From assembly GCF_009834535.1 (NCBI RefSeq), contig NC_045697.1, positions 45,386,001 through 45,450,000 on the forward strand: a stretch of 64,000 nt of DNA, written 5' to 3'. Below the pieces are notes generated by a model. That model was not told the DNA's origin. It searched no databases and worked only from the letters and a program-made list of their open reading frames with translations. Of the stretch, positions 1-12,492 are shown in pieces. The stretch's first letter is position 1. The number at the start of each line of letters is the position of its first letter. The translations under genes and the position numbers were made by a program. The DNA comes from Camelus ferus. Its lineage: Eukaryota.

Positions 1-285
1 AGCTCCTAGAGTTCTGCCCAGAGTTCCCTGCCATATGTCCCCATCGTAGGCCCTCTCAGAACACGGCAACTTACTTCTTCAGGGCAAGCTGGAGAATCTC
101 TGTATTGTTGCTAAGATGAGACCTTATATAACATGCACTGGGTGACCCTCCCATCACGGTTACCATGTTCTGCTGGCAAGGAGCAAGTCCCAGGTTCCAT
201 CTCCAGTCAAAAGGATGGGATTATGTAACAGTGTGACACTAGCTGGGTGGAGATCATGGGGCCATCTTAGAATTCTGCACACCAT
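1..285 (-). mobile_element. MaLR LTR fragment (MLT1-type)
   Basis: MLT1-like motifs gcaacttacttcttcagggc, agcaagtcccaggttcc, ggggccatcttagaattctgc. Confidence 0.6.
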
Positions 286-379
286 ACCAGGCCCTTCTGC
301 CTCTCTGGTGTGAGATTTTCTCTAAGAATGTTGGCCACACTGGATATGTAAAGCCATACATCAAAAGTCCAGAGTCTTT

Positions 380-844
380 ACATGAAGCATATTCACAAGA
401 ACCAAAGGGTGGAAACAATCCAAATGCCCATTGATGGAAGAATGGATAAACACAATACAGTATATACACAAAATGAGGTATTAATCTGCCTTAAAAAGGA
501 GGGAAATCCTTTCCTTTTTCATGCTGCAATGTGAATGAACCTTGAGGACATCATGCTATGTGAAATAAGATTCAAAATGAGTATTATTACCATTTATATT
601 AGGTACCTGGAGCAGTCAAATTCCTAGAGACATAAGGTAGAATGGAAGCTTCCAGGGGCTGGGAGGAGCGGGGAATGGGGAGTCATTGTTTATTGGGTAC
701 AGAGTTTTAGTTTGGGAATATGAGATAAGTTCTGGAGATGGATGGTGGGGATAGATGCGAAATAATGGGAGTATACTTAATGCCACTGAACTGAGCACTT
801 AAAAAGTTTATGTTATGTATTTTATAACAATTGAAAAAAAAAAA
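380..844 (+). mobile_element. L1 3' end (L1MB-like) with A tail
   Basis: tggaaacaatccaaatgccca...gaatggataaac, gaaccttgaggacatcatgctatgtgaaataag, gttctggagatggatggtgg, atgccactgaactg, then an A run. Confidence 0.85.
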
Positions 845-1158
845 GTGTTGAGTCCTGGGGCTGACTTGACAGTATGCCCCTAAGTGCCAGGCTGTTTCAG
901 GTGCCATAAAGGATGCTGGAAGGAAGAACAGTAATGATTTTCCCTTTTCTGTAGTAATTTGTCATCTTGTAAAGGAGAATAAGATATAGCAGAGTCTTGT
1001 GATGAACATTCATCTGATTATTGTTGATTAATCAATCATTAATTACTTAATAGTAGTTGATTGATTATTTGATGAGCCTTCAAGGGAGACTTGTTCCCAG
1101 AGCTGTGGGAATATAGAGGGAAAGGACAGCTTCAAACTCCCTTGTGTTTTCTTGTTTG

Positions 1159-1345
1159 CAGCTGTGATTCTTAACCTTAAGTGCACATTGTAATCACCAG
1201 GGGAGTATTAAAAAATACGGAGGCCCTGGTCCAACCCCAGGGAGTCTGATTAAATCAGTTTGAACTGAGGGCCCTGGGTGTCAGGATTTAGAGAAGGTCC
1301 CTCGACAATTGTAATGTGCAGTGATGATTGAGAGAGAACCATTTT
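1159..1345. mobile_element. MER5A-like hAT-Charlie DNA element
   Basis: gattcttaaccttaagtgcacattgtaatcacca...tgtaatgtgcag...tgagagagaaccatt. Confidence 0.7.
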
Positions 1346-2469
1346 GTTATAGGAACAGGCGTCCCTGCAGCTGATTCCCGAAATACTCAGTTTGACAATC
1401 TGAGAGCGATGCTCATTACAGACATGTAAGAAAACTATTTACCATTTCTACCTAATTACCATGCAGCATAGTGATGATTATGCATATCATTGTGTGTGTC
1501 AGATTAGCTTCCCCGTAAGCTTTGCTTGTTTTCAACATTTCATTATGAAACTCTGTTCTTTGAGGCTCCTGGGAATTGGATCATCTGCACACATTTAAGA
1601 AAGGGAGGGTGAAATGTTTGTTGTAAGCATGAAGTAACAGTAAACATGATCAAATTACAACTGTACTTAATTACACGGGCAATAGGGTAAGAGAGTCGAC
1701 AGGAGAGAGTTACGCTCATTTTCCGATTACCTACAGAAGGACCTCATCTTTCTCACGCTAGTTTCTCAAACTATAAACATGCATTTTTTAGCTTTTTTTT
1801 TCTTTTTGGTTTATTACTCAAAATATTGAGAGAGAAGGAAATAAAGAGATGCTTGTCCTGCTTATTACCTGTGCCTGCTTCCTAGGTGACTGGTGTTTCC
1901 CACCTCCCCTCTTGTCTCCATAGCCATCATTGTTAAACTAGGAAATAATTTGAATGTCATTTAGCATTAATTTTGTAGAGTCCCTACTATGTGCCAGGGA
2001 CAATTCTGGATTTTAGGTAAGAGGATGAAGAAAGGGTAGGCACACCCTTGAAGATCATCCTTGAAGATTCCTTTCAGGAAATTAAAATGTATTACAGTCT
2101 TGTATGACTGATCTTCTAAGAGATGGATGTCCAAAAGAAGGAGGTAGCAGACTGCTTGGTGGCATCAGGGAAAGAGCCATTGGAGAGACGGCCTTGAGCT
2201 GAATTTTGAGGAGGAATGGAGGGCCTGGAGATGAAGTGGCCTGCCGCACTTGGGGGCCTGCAAGCAGTACCGTGGGCCTGGGGTACTCCGAGCATGGGGA
2301 GGCTGGACAGGGAGGGGGCCTGGACTGTCAGGAGTTTTACCTACAGTGTGAAGGAGTCTCTCTGAATAAATAAACTCTCAAGGATAGAGTTTTCAGAGTT
2401 GTTTTAACTCAAAGGTTTTTAAGTTGCTGGTAACTTGCTGACCTATAATAGTACACCTATCCCTTACGT

Positions 2470-2650
2470 AATGTATTTTATGTTCCAGGCCATGCTCTTT
2501 GTGCTCTATATTGTTAATTAATTCTCTTGGAAATCCTTTGACCTATGGACTATGATTATAATCTTTTTACAACTGAGACAACTGGAGATTAAGTGACTTG
2601 CCCAGGGTTCCACAGTTCCTTAGTGGCAGATTTAGAAATTCAATACTGGC
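2470..2650 (-). mobile_element. MIR SINE
   Basis: MIR core ttaagtgacttgcccagggttccacag...tagtggcaga. Confidence 0.7.
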
Positions 2651-3324
2651 ATTCCAGATTCCAGGAATCCCTGGCATTCCAGCTTTTAGATCTTGGGCCC
2701 TTGACAAATATGTCTTACAATATGCTTTCTATTTGGGTCTATAATTAAGCTATGAAATGCTGCACAAGTGAAGTTGCCTTGGCCTCTGTGCTCACAAGAA
2801 ATTCTTGATAGTTGAGAAGTAAACTGGAGGCTTTTGGTCCCTGCTTTACACTGAGCCTTGTGCAAAGAAGTTTGCAAGACACAGGCAAAAACAGTGAGAA
2901 CACAGGCCTCTAGGAAACAGGACCAGAGAAGGAAGATTGAGGACCCAGCTTAACAAGAACTGTCAGCAGACTTTGACAAATTAAACTTCCTGAAGCAACT
3001 TAGAGGACAAGAATTTATTGCTTCAAAGAATGTTGATTATGTAAGTTGGGGGTATAAAAGGATTATGAAAGGATTACCAATGGATGCTGCCACTGATGGA
3101 CAGAAATTCGAGATCCAGCCCTACTGGAGGAACTTTACACTGAGCAGAGGGTCTTGGCAGTGCCTTTTTGTTTCTCCATGGTTTCTAGAACTTTTCCCAT
3201 CCCACTCTTCCCCACGAAAAGCATGCTATAAATACTACCATTGCCACCTACTACAATTACTGCAATTTATTATGTATTGGCACCTTATCTTAGTTCATGT
3301 GCATAGTATTCCTATATAGTAAGT

Positions 3325-3455
3325 ATGATTACTATACTCTATTCACAGAGGAAAGACCTGAGGTTCAGAAAGGTTAAGTGACTTGACCAAGGTCACACAG
3401 CTGGGAAGTAGCAAAGCTGGGATTTGAACCTAGGATCTTCTGCCTCCAAAGCCAT
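3325..3455 (-). mobile_element. MIR SINE
   Basis: ctgaggttcagaaaggttaagtgacttgaccaaggtcacacagct...gggatttgaacctagg. Confidence 0.85.
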
Positions 3456-3875
3456 ATACACATTTATTTCAAATGAATTTTTAATAGAAGTACACAAATC
3501 ATAAAGTGAACACGCCCATGTAACCACCAAACAGATCAGGAAACAGAACCTTAGCAGCACCTCAGAAGCCCTTTCTGCTCCCTTCCAGTCCTTCCCTATT
3601 ATCTACTTCAAAGGCAGCCACCATCTGCACTGGCATTACCATAAATTATTATTGCATTTATTTGAACTTTATGTTAATAGAATTATAGAGTACGGACTCT
3701 ACAGTCTGACTTCTTTAGTTTACATAGTGAGAGTCATTTATGATATTGTATTTGGCAATGGTTCATGAATTATCATTGCTTTATGGTGTTTGTTATATGA
3801 CTGTGCAACAATTTATCAGTTCTACTATTGATGGATATTTGGTTGATTCTGGAGTTCAGCGATTTTCTTTTACTA

Positions 3876-3936
3876 TTTTTTATTGAAGTATAGTCAGTTT
3901 ACAATGTTGTGTCAATTTCTGGTGTACGGCATAATG
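3876..3936 (-). mobile_element. Short young L1 3' stub nested in the old L1
   Basis: Near reverse complement of the L1 tail at 16757-16818 (tacaccagaaattgacacaacattgtaaactga). Confidence 0.8.
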
Positions 3937-6605
3937 TATGAATAGTACATTTTATCTAAGTTCACATTTAATATAGATTGCTACATTATTTTCCAAAATG
4001 TTTGAAAAACGTATACATTGCCCACTGGCAAGGTGTGAATTTTGTTACTCTCCATCCTCACTGGCATTTAGCATTGTCAGTCCTATTTATCTGAGCCATT
4101 CTGGCGGGTATGTTGTTGTACCTCATTGTAGTTTTGGTTTGCTTTTCCTTGATAATTAACAAGGGTGAGCACTTTTTAATGTGTGTATTTCCTACGATGT
4201 CGGCTTTCCCTCCTAGCTCTATAGTATAACTGTTGTCATAAATCAAATATCTATGTATGTTTGGGGTGGTTTTTGAACTTTCTGTTCAGTTCTAAAGGTC
4301 TTTTTGTCCATCCTTGTGCCAGCAGTATAGTCTCTCAATTATTTTGATTAATAATAATTCTTGATACCCATTACTTTAAGTCTTCAATTTTATTGTTCTC
4401 CAGTGCTGTGATGGCTATTCTTGGGCCTTCTTATGACTAAGTATTTTACAGTTAGCTTGTCAATTTTCATCAAAACAATTTTTATTAGAATGTTTATTGA
4501 GATTTCATTGAACCGAATCAATTTGAATAGAATCATTAAAAAATGTAGTCTTCCCATTCACGACCATGCTATAGGCCTCCATTTATTTAGATATTCGTTA
4601 TTTCTCTTAATATTTTGTACTTTTCTGTGTAGCGGTCTTACACATTTTTGTTAGATATAATCTTATATAGTTGATGTTTTTGATCTTTTAAAATGATGTC
4701 TTTTAAAAATTTTCATTTTAATTTGATGCTGTGATATAGGAATGCAATTGAATGCTTATTGACCTTGAATCCAGTGAGATTATTGAAATCACTTATTAAT
4801 TTTGATAGTTTTTAGCTGTACATTATATGAATTTTTCTACTTACAGAACCATGTCTTTTGGAAAAAATGGCCATTTTATTTCTAAAATGTGTTTATATCT
4901 TTGGTATATTTTTTCTTTTATTTCTTTTTTTCTCATTTTATTAAATTTTGCTCAGAGTTCTTACTCAGCATTGAAGTGTCCCATTTCTGACATCTGGAGG
5001 AAAGCTTTCAGTATTTCACATGTGACATGATACTTTCTATTTTTGTTTTATTTTATAGATTTTTAGATTAAGGAAATTCCCCTCTATCCCTGATTTACTA
5101 AGTGATTTTAAAATTAAAACTTGTATACAGGTCTTTAATTTTATTAAATACTTTTTCCTTATCCTATAGGATTTTGCTATGTATTTTTCTCTTAATTTTT
5201 TTCATGTGATTAATTATATTAATTAATTTTCAGTCTGATCTAGAAAACTTATTTTACATACTTGTTTGTTTTTGACTTTTGTACCTATCTTAATTAGGAG
5301 TGTTAACCTTCAATTTTTCTTTCTTGTAATATGTGTTTTTATTAATATGCTATTCTGGCACTATCAGTTGGGAAATTTTTCTTTTTTCTATTTTCTGGAA
5401 AATATTATATCAGATTAATAATAGTTTTTCCTTAAATGTTTGGAAAACTTAATGATGTCACTTAGGTCTAGAATTTTCTTTGTGGGATAGTTTTTATTTT
5501 TTATTTTGTTTATTGCTAATCAGGTTTTCTATTTTTTTTCTCATGTCAGATTTGGTATGCTGTATTTTTCTATGAATTTTTAATTTAATCTAAATTTTAA
5601 AAATAGTTATTAAATATTATCCACTTTTTTCATATCTGTAATATCTATAGTGATGTCTCCCTTATCATTTCGAACGTTGGTAATTATTCTTTCTCCCTAC
5701 CATCTCCCACCCCCATTTGCTGTGAATTTATCATTTCTCTTAGTCTTTTCAAATAAACTGTTTTGGGTTGTCTTGATTGTCTTCATTGCACTTTTATTTT
5801 CTGTGTTATTACTTTTTGCTTCCATTTTATTATTTCCTTTTCCCTTTTTTTGAGCCCAATTGCTATTCTTTTCAGATGGACACTTAAGTCATTTATTTTT
5901 CATCTGTTTTGTTTTGTAATATATCTATTTAATACTGCAGGTTTTCCTCTCCCTATTGATTTAACTGCATCCCACAAGTTTTGATATATCACATATTCAT
6001 TATTTATTTCAGAATATTATCTGACTTCTCTATGATTTAATCTTTCTTTCATCAGCAGGCTGTTTAGAAATGTATTGCTCAGTTCTCAAACATTTGAGGA
6101 TTTTCTGATTATTTTTGTTATTGATTTTGTTATTGATTTCTAGCTTAAATTTTTAGCTTCTATTGTATTCAAAGAATATTCTATGTATTATTTGTTCCTG
6201 TGAAATTTGTTAGATTTGCTTTATGGTCCCTGCATGGTCAGTTTTCATGAAAGCTCCATGTGTACTTGAAAAGAAGGTGTATTCTGAATTTGTTGAATAC
6301 AGTCTTTTAAAATATCAATTAGATCATGAGATTAAGTGAAGTGTGATAATCAAGTGTGTAAATCTTCTATTTTCTAACTAACTTTTGTCTGCTTGCTCTA
6401 TTAGTTACTTGGAGAGATGTGTTAAATCTCCCAGATGATCGTGGATTTGTCTATATCTTCTTTTAATTTTGTCAGTTTTTTTTGTCAGTTTGATGGTATC
6501 TAATTAGGTGCATAGACATCTAGAATATAAAATATTCCTCTTCATTTCTGGAAATAATGTCTTTCATTAAAGTTTACTTTCCTGTATCAAGGAAAATTTT
6601 CTTTA

Positions 6606-6976
6606 CACAGCATACCTTATTTTATTGTCTCTGTGTCACATTTTGGTAATTCTCACAGTATTTTAAACTTTTTCATTATTATTACCGTTGTTACGATGAT
6701 ATGTGATCAGAGATCTTTGATGTTACTACCATGACTCGTTGAAGGCTCAGGTGATGGTTAACATTTTGTAGCAAGAAAGTATTTTTAAATTAAGATATGT
6801 ACGTTGCTTTTTTAGACAATAATGCTGTTGCAACCTTAATAGTCTACAGTATAATGTAAAAATAACACTTATATGCACTGAGAAACCAAAAGAATTGTGT
6901 GAATTGAGTTGGTTTATTGCGATACTTATTTTGTGGTGGTCTGGAATGAACCCACAGTATCTCTGAGGTATGCCTG
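6606..6976. mobile_element. Internally deleted Tigger1 (MITE-like, Tigger1a_Art-type) inserted in L1
   Basis: Terminal inverted ends cagcataccttattttattg ... atctctgaggtatgcctg; internal Tigger1 motifs ctctgtgtcacattttggtaattctc and tgaaggctcaggtgat. Confidence 0.85.
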
Positions 6977-7082
6977 TGATTGGTGTTTAAATATGTGTCT
7001 TTTTCTGCCTTTTTACTTTGAAATTCCTATATCATTATCTTTACAGCATACCTTTTATAAGCTACACACACTTGGTATTTCC

Positions 7083-7125
<43 letters not shown>
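7083..7125. repeat. (TTAT)n microsatellite
   Basis: About 10 perfect tetramer units. Confidence 0.95.
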
Positions 7126-7126
<1 letters not shown>

Positions 7127-10100
7127 TCAGTCTGACAATCTGGTCTCTTAATTGGGATAACTAATACATTTATCTTTACTGTAAATACAGAATATTTGGG
7201 TTTAACTCCTAACATCTTACTATTTGTTTCTTATTTGTTCCACTTTTTTTAGTTCCTTTTTTCTCTACTTTCCACTTTCTTGAATTAGTTAAGTATGTAT
7301 TTTTATTCTACTTTCTCTTCTGTTAGCTTTCTAGTTAAGCTGCCAACCTTTAGGGGTTACCCTAAATTATCACATGCATACTTAATTTATTCAATTTCTA
7401 ATATAGATGAATGCTTTTATCAATTCCTAGACCTTGAATTATATTAATTCCATTTTCTGACCATCCAATTTTGGCTATTCTTTTCATACGTTTTATTTAT
7501 CACATATTTCAAACTCTACAAGATATTGTTATTACTTTTTTTTATAAAGGTGAGCTTCCTTTAGTCACCCCCGTATTTACTTTTGCTCTTTCTTTCCCAT
7601 TGCTCTTTCTTTCTTCTAACATCTACTAGTTTCCATCCGGGATCATTTTCCTTCTCTGTTAAGTCTGTTGCCAATGGAATAATGTTTTGAAAATGTGTTC
7701 ATTTTGCTTTCATTTTTGAAGGCTCTTTTCACTGGGGAAAGATACTGAAATAGGCACTCTGAAGCACTTTGAAGGTGTTCCACTGTCTTCTGGTTTTTAT
7801 TATTTCTGTTGAAGAGTTTAATCAATCCTATTGTTGGTCATTTTAAGGTAATATGTCTCTTTTCTCCAGCTGCTTTATAGATTTTTCTCTTTGTATTTGG
7901 TTTTCAGTAATTTGGCTATGATGGGACTAAATATGGTTTTCTTTGTATATATTTTGTTTGGAGGTGGTTGTGCACATTGTCTATGACTTGATGTGTTTTC
8001 ACTGCTTTAAGAAAATTCTTGAGTGTGATACCTTCATATATTGTTTCAATTCTTTCCCTTTCTTCAGGGGTCCAGATTACAGATATGCTCAACTTCTCTA
8101 TCATGCCTTATATGTCTCCTATGTTTTGTTTTGTTTCGGTTTTGGTTTTCTGTTTTCTATCCTAGGTTCTCTCCAATCTTCTATCTGAATATAGTCCACC
8201 TGCCAGTATTGAGTTTCTAATCTTTTTTTTCAGCTGTGTCTTATCATATTTTAAACCCACCTATTGAGTTCCAAGCTTCAGATAGTGTATGCTTCAATTC
8301 TAGAATCTCTATTTGATTTTTAAATAAGATTCATTTTCTCTGCTGACGTCTTCCGTTTTATCCCTGATTTTTATAAACCCATTATAGTTATATTAAACTT
8401 TGTGCCTGATATGTACAGTTTTTTGATCTACTATTGTTATGTTTCTATTGTCTTCTTTTTCTCTTGGTCTTCAGTAATTGAATCTTTTCTCCTGAAAAGA
8501 TATCTGGCAATTTTTGATGTCATACCAGATACTCCTTACGGAAAAATTGTAGAGAAAATTTGAGTCCTGGATTTTGTTAACATCCTACAGAAAATATTTC
8601 CCTTTGCTTCTGGCAGGCGGTTAAGAAGGGACAAATCATTTTAGCCAAAATAGGAACTTTTTCTTTTAAGACTGATTTTTGGGTTTTTTTGCCTGTTTTT
8701 GGTTAGTCTTTACTTCTACATTACAGCCCTTTAGATGTTCTATCTGAAACCCTGGGTGTTTATCAGGGTCCCTCTTTCATGGTGTCTTGAACACTGACTT
8801 GTGTCTTCTCAACCTTTGAGACTGCCAAAACTCTGCTCAGTGCTGCCTATAAATCAGTAAATGCCTTGAAGGGAAAAGCAGAGGTGAATGTCAAGTTCAT
8901 GTTCTCTTGTTGACCATCGTTTGTCAAGCTGTTGCTATGTTTATAGGTCTCCAGGGCTTTCAAAAAGATTTATTAATATATATTTTAATTAGCTTTTATA
9001 GTTGTTTTGTGTGAGCAGGGAGAGTTGTGCTTTTAATAGCTGGCCTATCATAGTTGTAGGAGGAGTTGCAAAGTTCTTACTCTTAATTGCTGCTGTATGC
9101 AACTTATTAAACAGAAAATTCAAGACAAGACCTACTCCTCTAAGAATTTATAGTTTACTTTGGAGAAAAACTCATAGGGAGAACTCTTTTCTAATAGTAG
9201 ACTATTACCATATGTTTATACACTAAACTAAGTTAAGAGGATCTGGGAACTCTCTGAGGCCATGGACCATGCTTAATTAATTTCTATGCTCTTAAGTAAA
9301 TTCTTGTTAAATATGTTGAATTGAATGGACATGAAAACAAGTACTCTAGGAAGGAGTTCAGAGTAGAATAAAAGAATTGTGTGAGCAACAGTATCCGGGC
9401 AAGGTTGACTAGGTTATAAGGGGTTTCTTGGTAGATGTGCAATGTTTGCGTGGGTTGAGGGGAGAATAACTCAGTTAAGTTCAAGAAGAAAACATGTACC
9501 AAGCCTGAAGGTAAAGCTGGCAGGCATGGGAGACCACAAGGATACCGGTCTATTTATAACAAAGAATTTGTTTTTGAAAGTAAGTACTAGACAGGTAGAG
9601 TGGAGGCACGTGGTGGGAAGTGGAGAGTACCAGATTGTGGGATGTTGATTTTCTTCTAGGGGCAAAAGGGTTTTCACAGTACTTCCATGGGATGCTGATA
9701 AAAGTTAAGCCAACAAAATAAAAAAAGAAAGAAAAAGACGTTGAGGTTTGAGAAACATTGGTTTAAACGAATTTGTTTACTGCAAGATTTCTTTGAACCT
9801 TTTAAGTGTGCATGGTGAATTTCCAAAATTGTTTAAGTTCAGCACACTTTTATTTATAAAAGGACAGTGCTTCTTGGAACATATTTCAGAAAATTGGGAT
9901 ATGTGGGCATTGAAGAAACACTTGCTGGAATGTTACACTAGCATGAAGGACCCATGAAAGCTGGAGCTTTTTGGTGTTGTTCACAGTTCTACCCCTTGCA
10001 GTGAGAAGAACACCTTGCAAAAGTATTTTCTCAGTATATATTAATTGATTGAATTGTTGGTTTTCGTGGATGAAGACTGAGATCAGGGTGAAGTCAGTTT

Positions 10101-10959
10101 TGTTTTGTTTTTTTAACCATGATTAATCTGATAGTATGGTATAGTGTGGACTGCAGAAGAAAGACGCTAGAAGCTGAAAAACCAAAAAAGAAGCTGTTTG
10201 AATTGTCCAGAGCTAAGATTTTTTTTCTTGGAACATCCTTGAAAATGGACACTAAAATGGGTAACAGTGATATTTTGTAAAGAGAATTGACAAGATGTAG
10301 TGATAGATGAAGAAAGAAGTAAGTTCTCCAAGTACTCAGAGAGTTTGGATGGCTCCGAGGACGATGGAGTCACTGTAGGGAGGAAGGAATTTGTCTAACA
10401 CTTTATTCTGTTTCATTCATGCAGTCTAATGATCTGATGGATAGGATCATGAAGGTAGTATCTAATTCCATGAAACTTTACCTTGTGTTTGAGAACTTTC
10501 TGTGTAGGAAGGATCACAGGTTTTTAAATAGCAAAGCTAGGGATGGGAGAGAGTTTGAATGAAAAATACAGAAAAAAAAACCCTATTTAACAAAATCATG
10601 CTGAATTTGAATGAAAGCAAATATTGTGCAAAGATTCTTACTTAGCCCACAAGGCAACTTTTCTTCCAGCGCTATGATATATACATATAAGGTATGGTAA
10701 TTAGAACATTTGAAATTTACAGTGATGAAGATTAGGTAATTATTTTGAAGTACTCCTTTTCCAAAAGAAAATAGAGTGTTCTAGGATTATCATCAGGTAG
10801 GCTTGGATTTGGGGAATGAATAGGCTATAAGATTGGAAATGTGGGATTTGTCTAGACATACTGAGAGTCAAAATGTAGGCAAATCTGAACTACCACCACC
10901 ACCCTCTACATCTGATCAAACCTTATGAGTCCCACGGGAGCTGACTTCTCCAGCTCAGA

Positions 10960-11130
10960 AGAGGCAATAGATGTAATGGAAGCAGCATAGACTTCAGACT
11001 CACAGACTGAGATTTAAATCCTAGGGGAGAATAAGCTGCTTCTTAGCTTTTAGTCTACTTATCTATAAAGTGGGAATAGTCAGTGTCTCACAGGATAGTT
11101 GTGAGGATTAAGTAAAATATAATTAGGCAT
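10960..11130 (+). mobile_element. MIR SINE remnant
   Basis: atctataaagtgggaatagt...tcacaggatagttgtgaggattaagt. Confidence 0.7.
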
Positions 11131-11527
11131 GTGTGTATATGTCAATGAATGAATGCTGTGTTATAGTTCTTTAGATACACCTTCTACCTGCCAACCAGAC
11201 TTGCTTTCCATCTAAAAGTCATGTGTCCATTAATTTTGCATCTAGGGATCTTGAAAGATGCTACATTTGTGATGATGACCGTTAGGAGTGATGATAACAT
11301 TGATTTAATGATGATTACCAGAAACAAAATATTTTCAAAGGATTTACAAGTAAAATACGGTAGTTATGAGGGTCAGATGTTGGTGGGAATAGAAAAACAA
11401 AATTGTCCTTGATGGAAATGTTGTAAATACATAGATAGTAATGTCAAGAATAAAAAGGAAGTGAATCTAAAGAGCAAAACATGACTTTTCACTAATTGTA
11501 ACTAACATCTCCCTTCCATTACACCAG

Positions 11528-11694
11528 TGAGAAGAAACTCATTACAGATGCCCTTAATAAAAATCAATTTCTGAAGAGACTGGATCCTCAGCAGATCAAA
11601 GACATGGTGGAATGCATGTATGGGAGAAACTACCAGCAAGGGAGTTACATTATTAAGCAAGGAGAACCAGGAAACCATATCTTTGTGCTGGCAG
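11528..11694 (+). CDS. PRKG2: PRKG2 coding exon 2 (167 nt): (S)EKKLITDALNKNQFLKRLDPQQIKDMVECMYGRNYQQGSYIIKQGEPGNHIFVLA; start of cGMP-binding domain A
   Basis: Hand translation matches cGKII; acceptor ccattacaccag preceded by ACTAAC branch point (11501); donor G|gtgggt; phase 2 in, phase 1 out. Confidence 0.97.
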
Positions 11695-11899
11695 GTGGGT
11701 TTTACAGATTTGTCTAGTCATTATATAACAAACATTTGTCTGTTGTTTAATAACTTTTTGCAGACATTTATAAAAATGCAAAATGGTTTGCTCTATTTGT
11801 AGAAAATATAACAAATTGCGCTCATGAAATAGTAACATTGTTGCCCTAATCATCATAGTGATAATACTTAATATATCATGGTCCTCTAATCATCACGGG

Positions 11900-12135
11900 G
11901 ATAACATTTACTGAATGCTTTCTGTGTCAAGTATCCTATTGAGTTCTTAATAGAGAGATCTCATTTCAACTCAGCGACTCTGTTAGACAGGAGCTATTAT
12001 TTTTATGTTACTAATGTGGACTGTGTCCCAGAGAGATTGAGTAACTTATCCAAGGCCACGCAGCTCATTGTGGTGGGGGTTGAATGCAAATTTAAACAAT
12101 CTGACTCAAGAGTCTGTACTTTTAATCACAGTGCT
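11900..12135 (-). mobile_element. MIR SINE
   Basis: cagagagattgagtaacttatccaaggccacgcagct...tctgactcaagagtc. Confidence 0.75.
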
Positions 12136-12350
12136 ACTCACTCAACAATCACAAAAAAGTGTTTGAAAGTATTCACAGTACTTCTGGTTGTGTTGACCTT
12201 TTTACATTGTTGTACCAGGAAAAAGAAAACAATTATTTTTGTGACTCTCTAAAATGTTTTGGTAATATACCGATGATTTCAAAAGATAATTTAGGTACAT
12301 TTAACCAACAGATGAATCAAATAGAATGCCTTAAGATTAAAACTGGTGTC

Positions 12351-12492
12351 TTATTGGGGGGGGGTACTGGTAATTAGGTTTATTTTTCTAATTAATTAAT
12401 TAATTTATTTTTAGAAGAAGTACTGGGGATTGAACCCAGGACCTTGTGCATGCTAGGCATGCACTCTCCCACTGAGCTATACTGCTCTTCCC
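12351..12492 (-). mobile_element. tRNA-derived camelid-type SINE (Vic-1-like)
   Basis: Reverse strand reads A box tatagctcagtgg, B box ggttcaatccc, then an AT-rich tail; same family as the copies at 41501, 45881 and 56770. Confidence 0.85.

Larger units (their letters stand above)
3480..9050 (-). mobile_element. Old, degraded L1 (L1M/L1ME-type), antisense to the gene; 3' UTR on the left, ORF2 remnants, ORF1/5' region on the right
   Basis: T-rich antisense L1 motifs throughout (gctttcagtatttcac, gcatcccacaagttttgatat, gtgtacttgaaaagaaggtgtattctg); minus ORF 7916..8104 resembles L1 ORF1p (VIWTPEERER..EGITLKNF). Confidence 0.8.

Noticed and set aside
655..680. G-quadruplex motif ggggctgggaggagcggggaatgggg
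   Set aside because: Standard G-rich part of the L1MB 3' UTR, explained by the repeat
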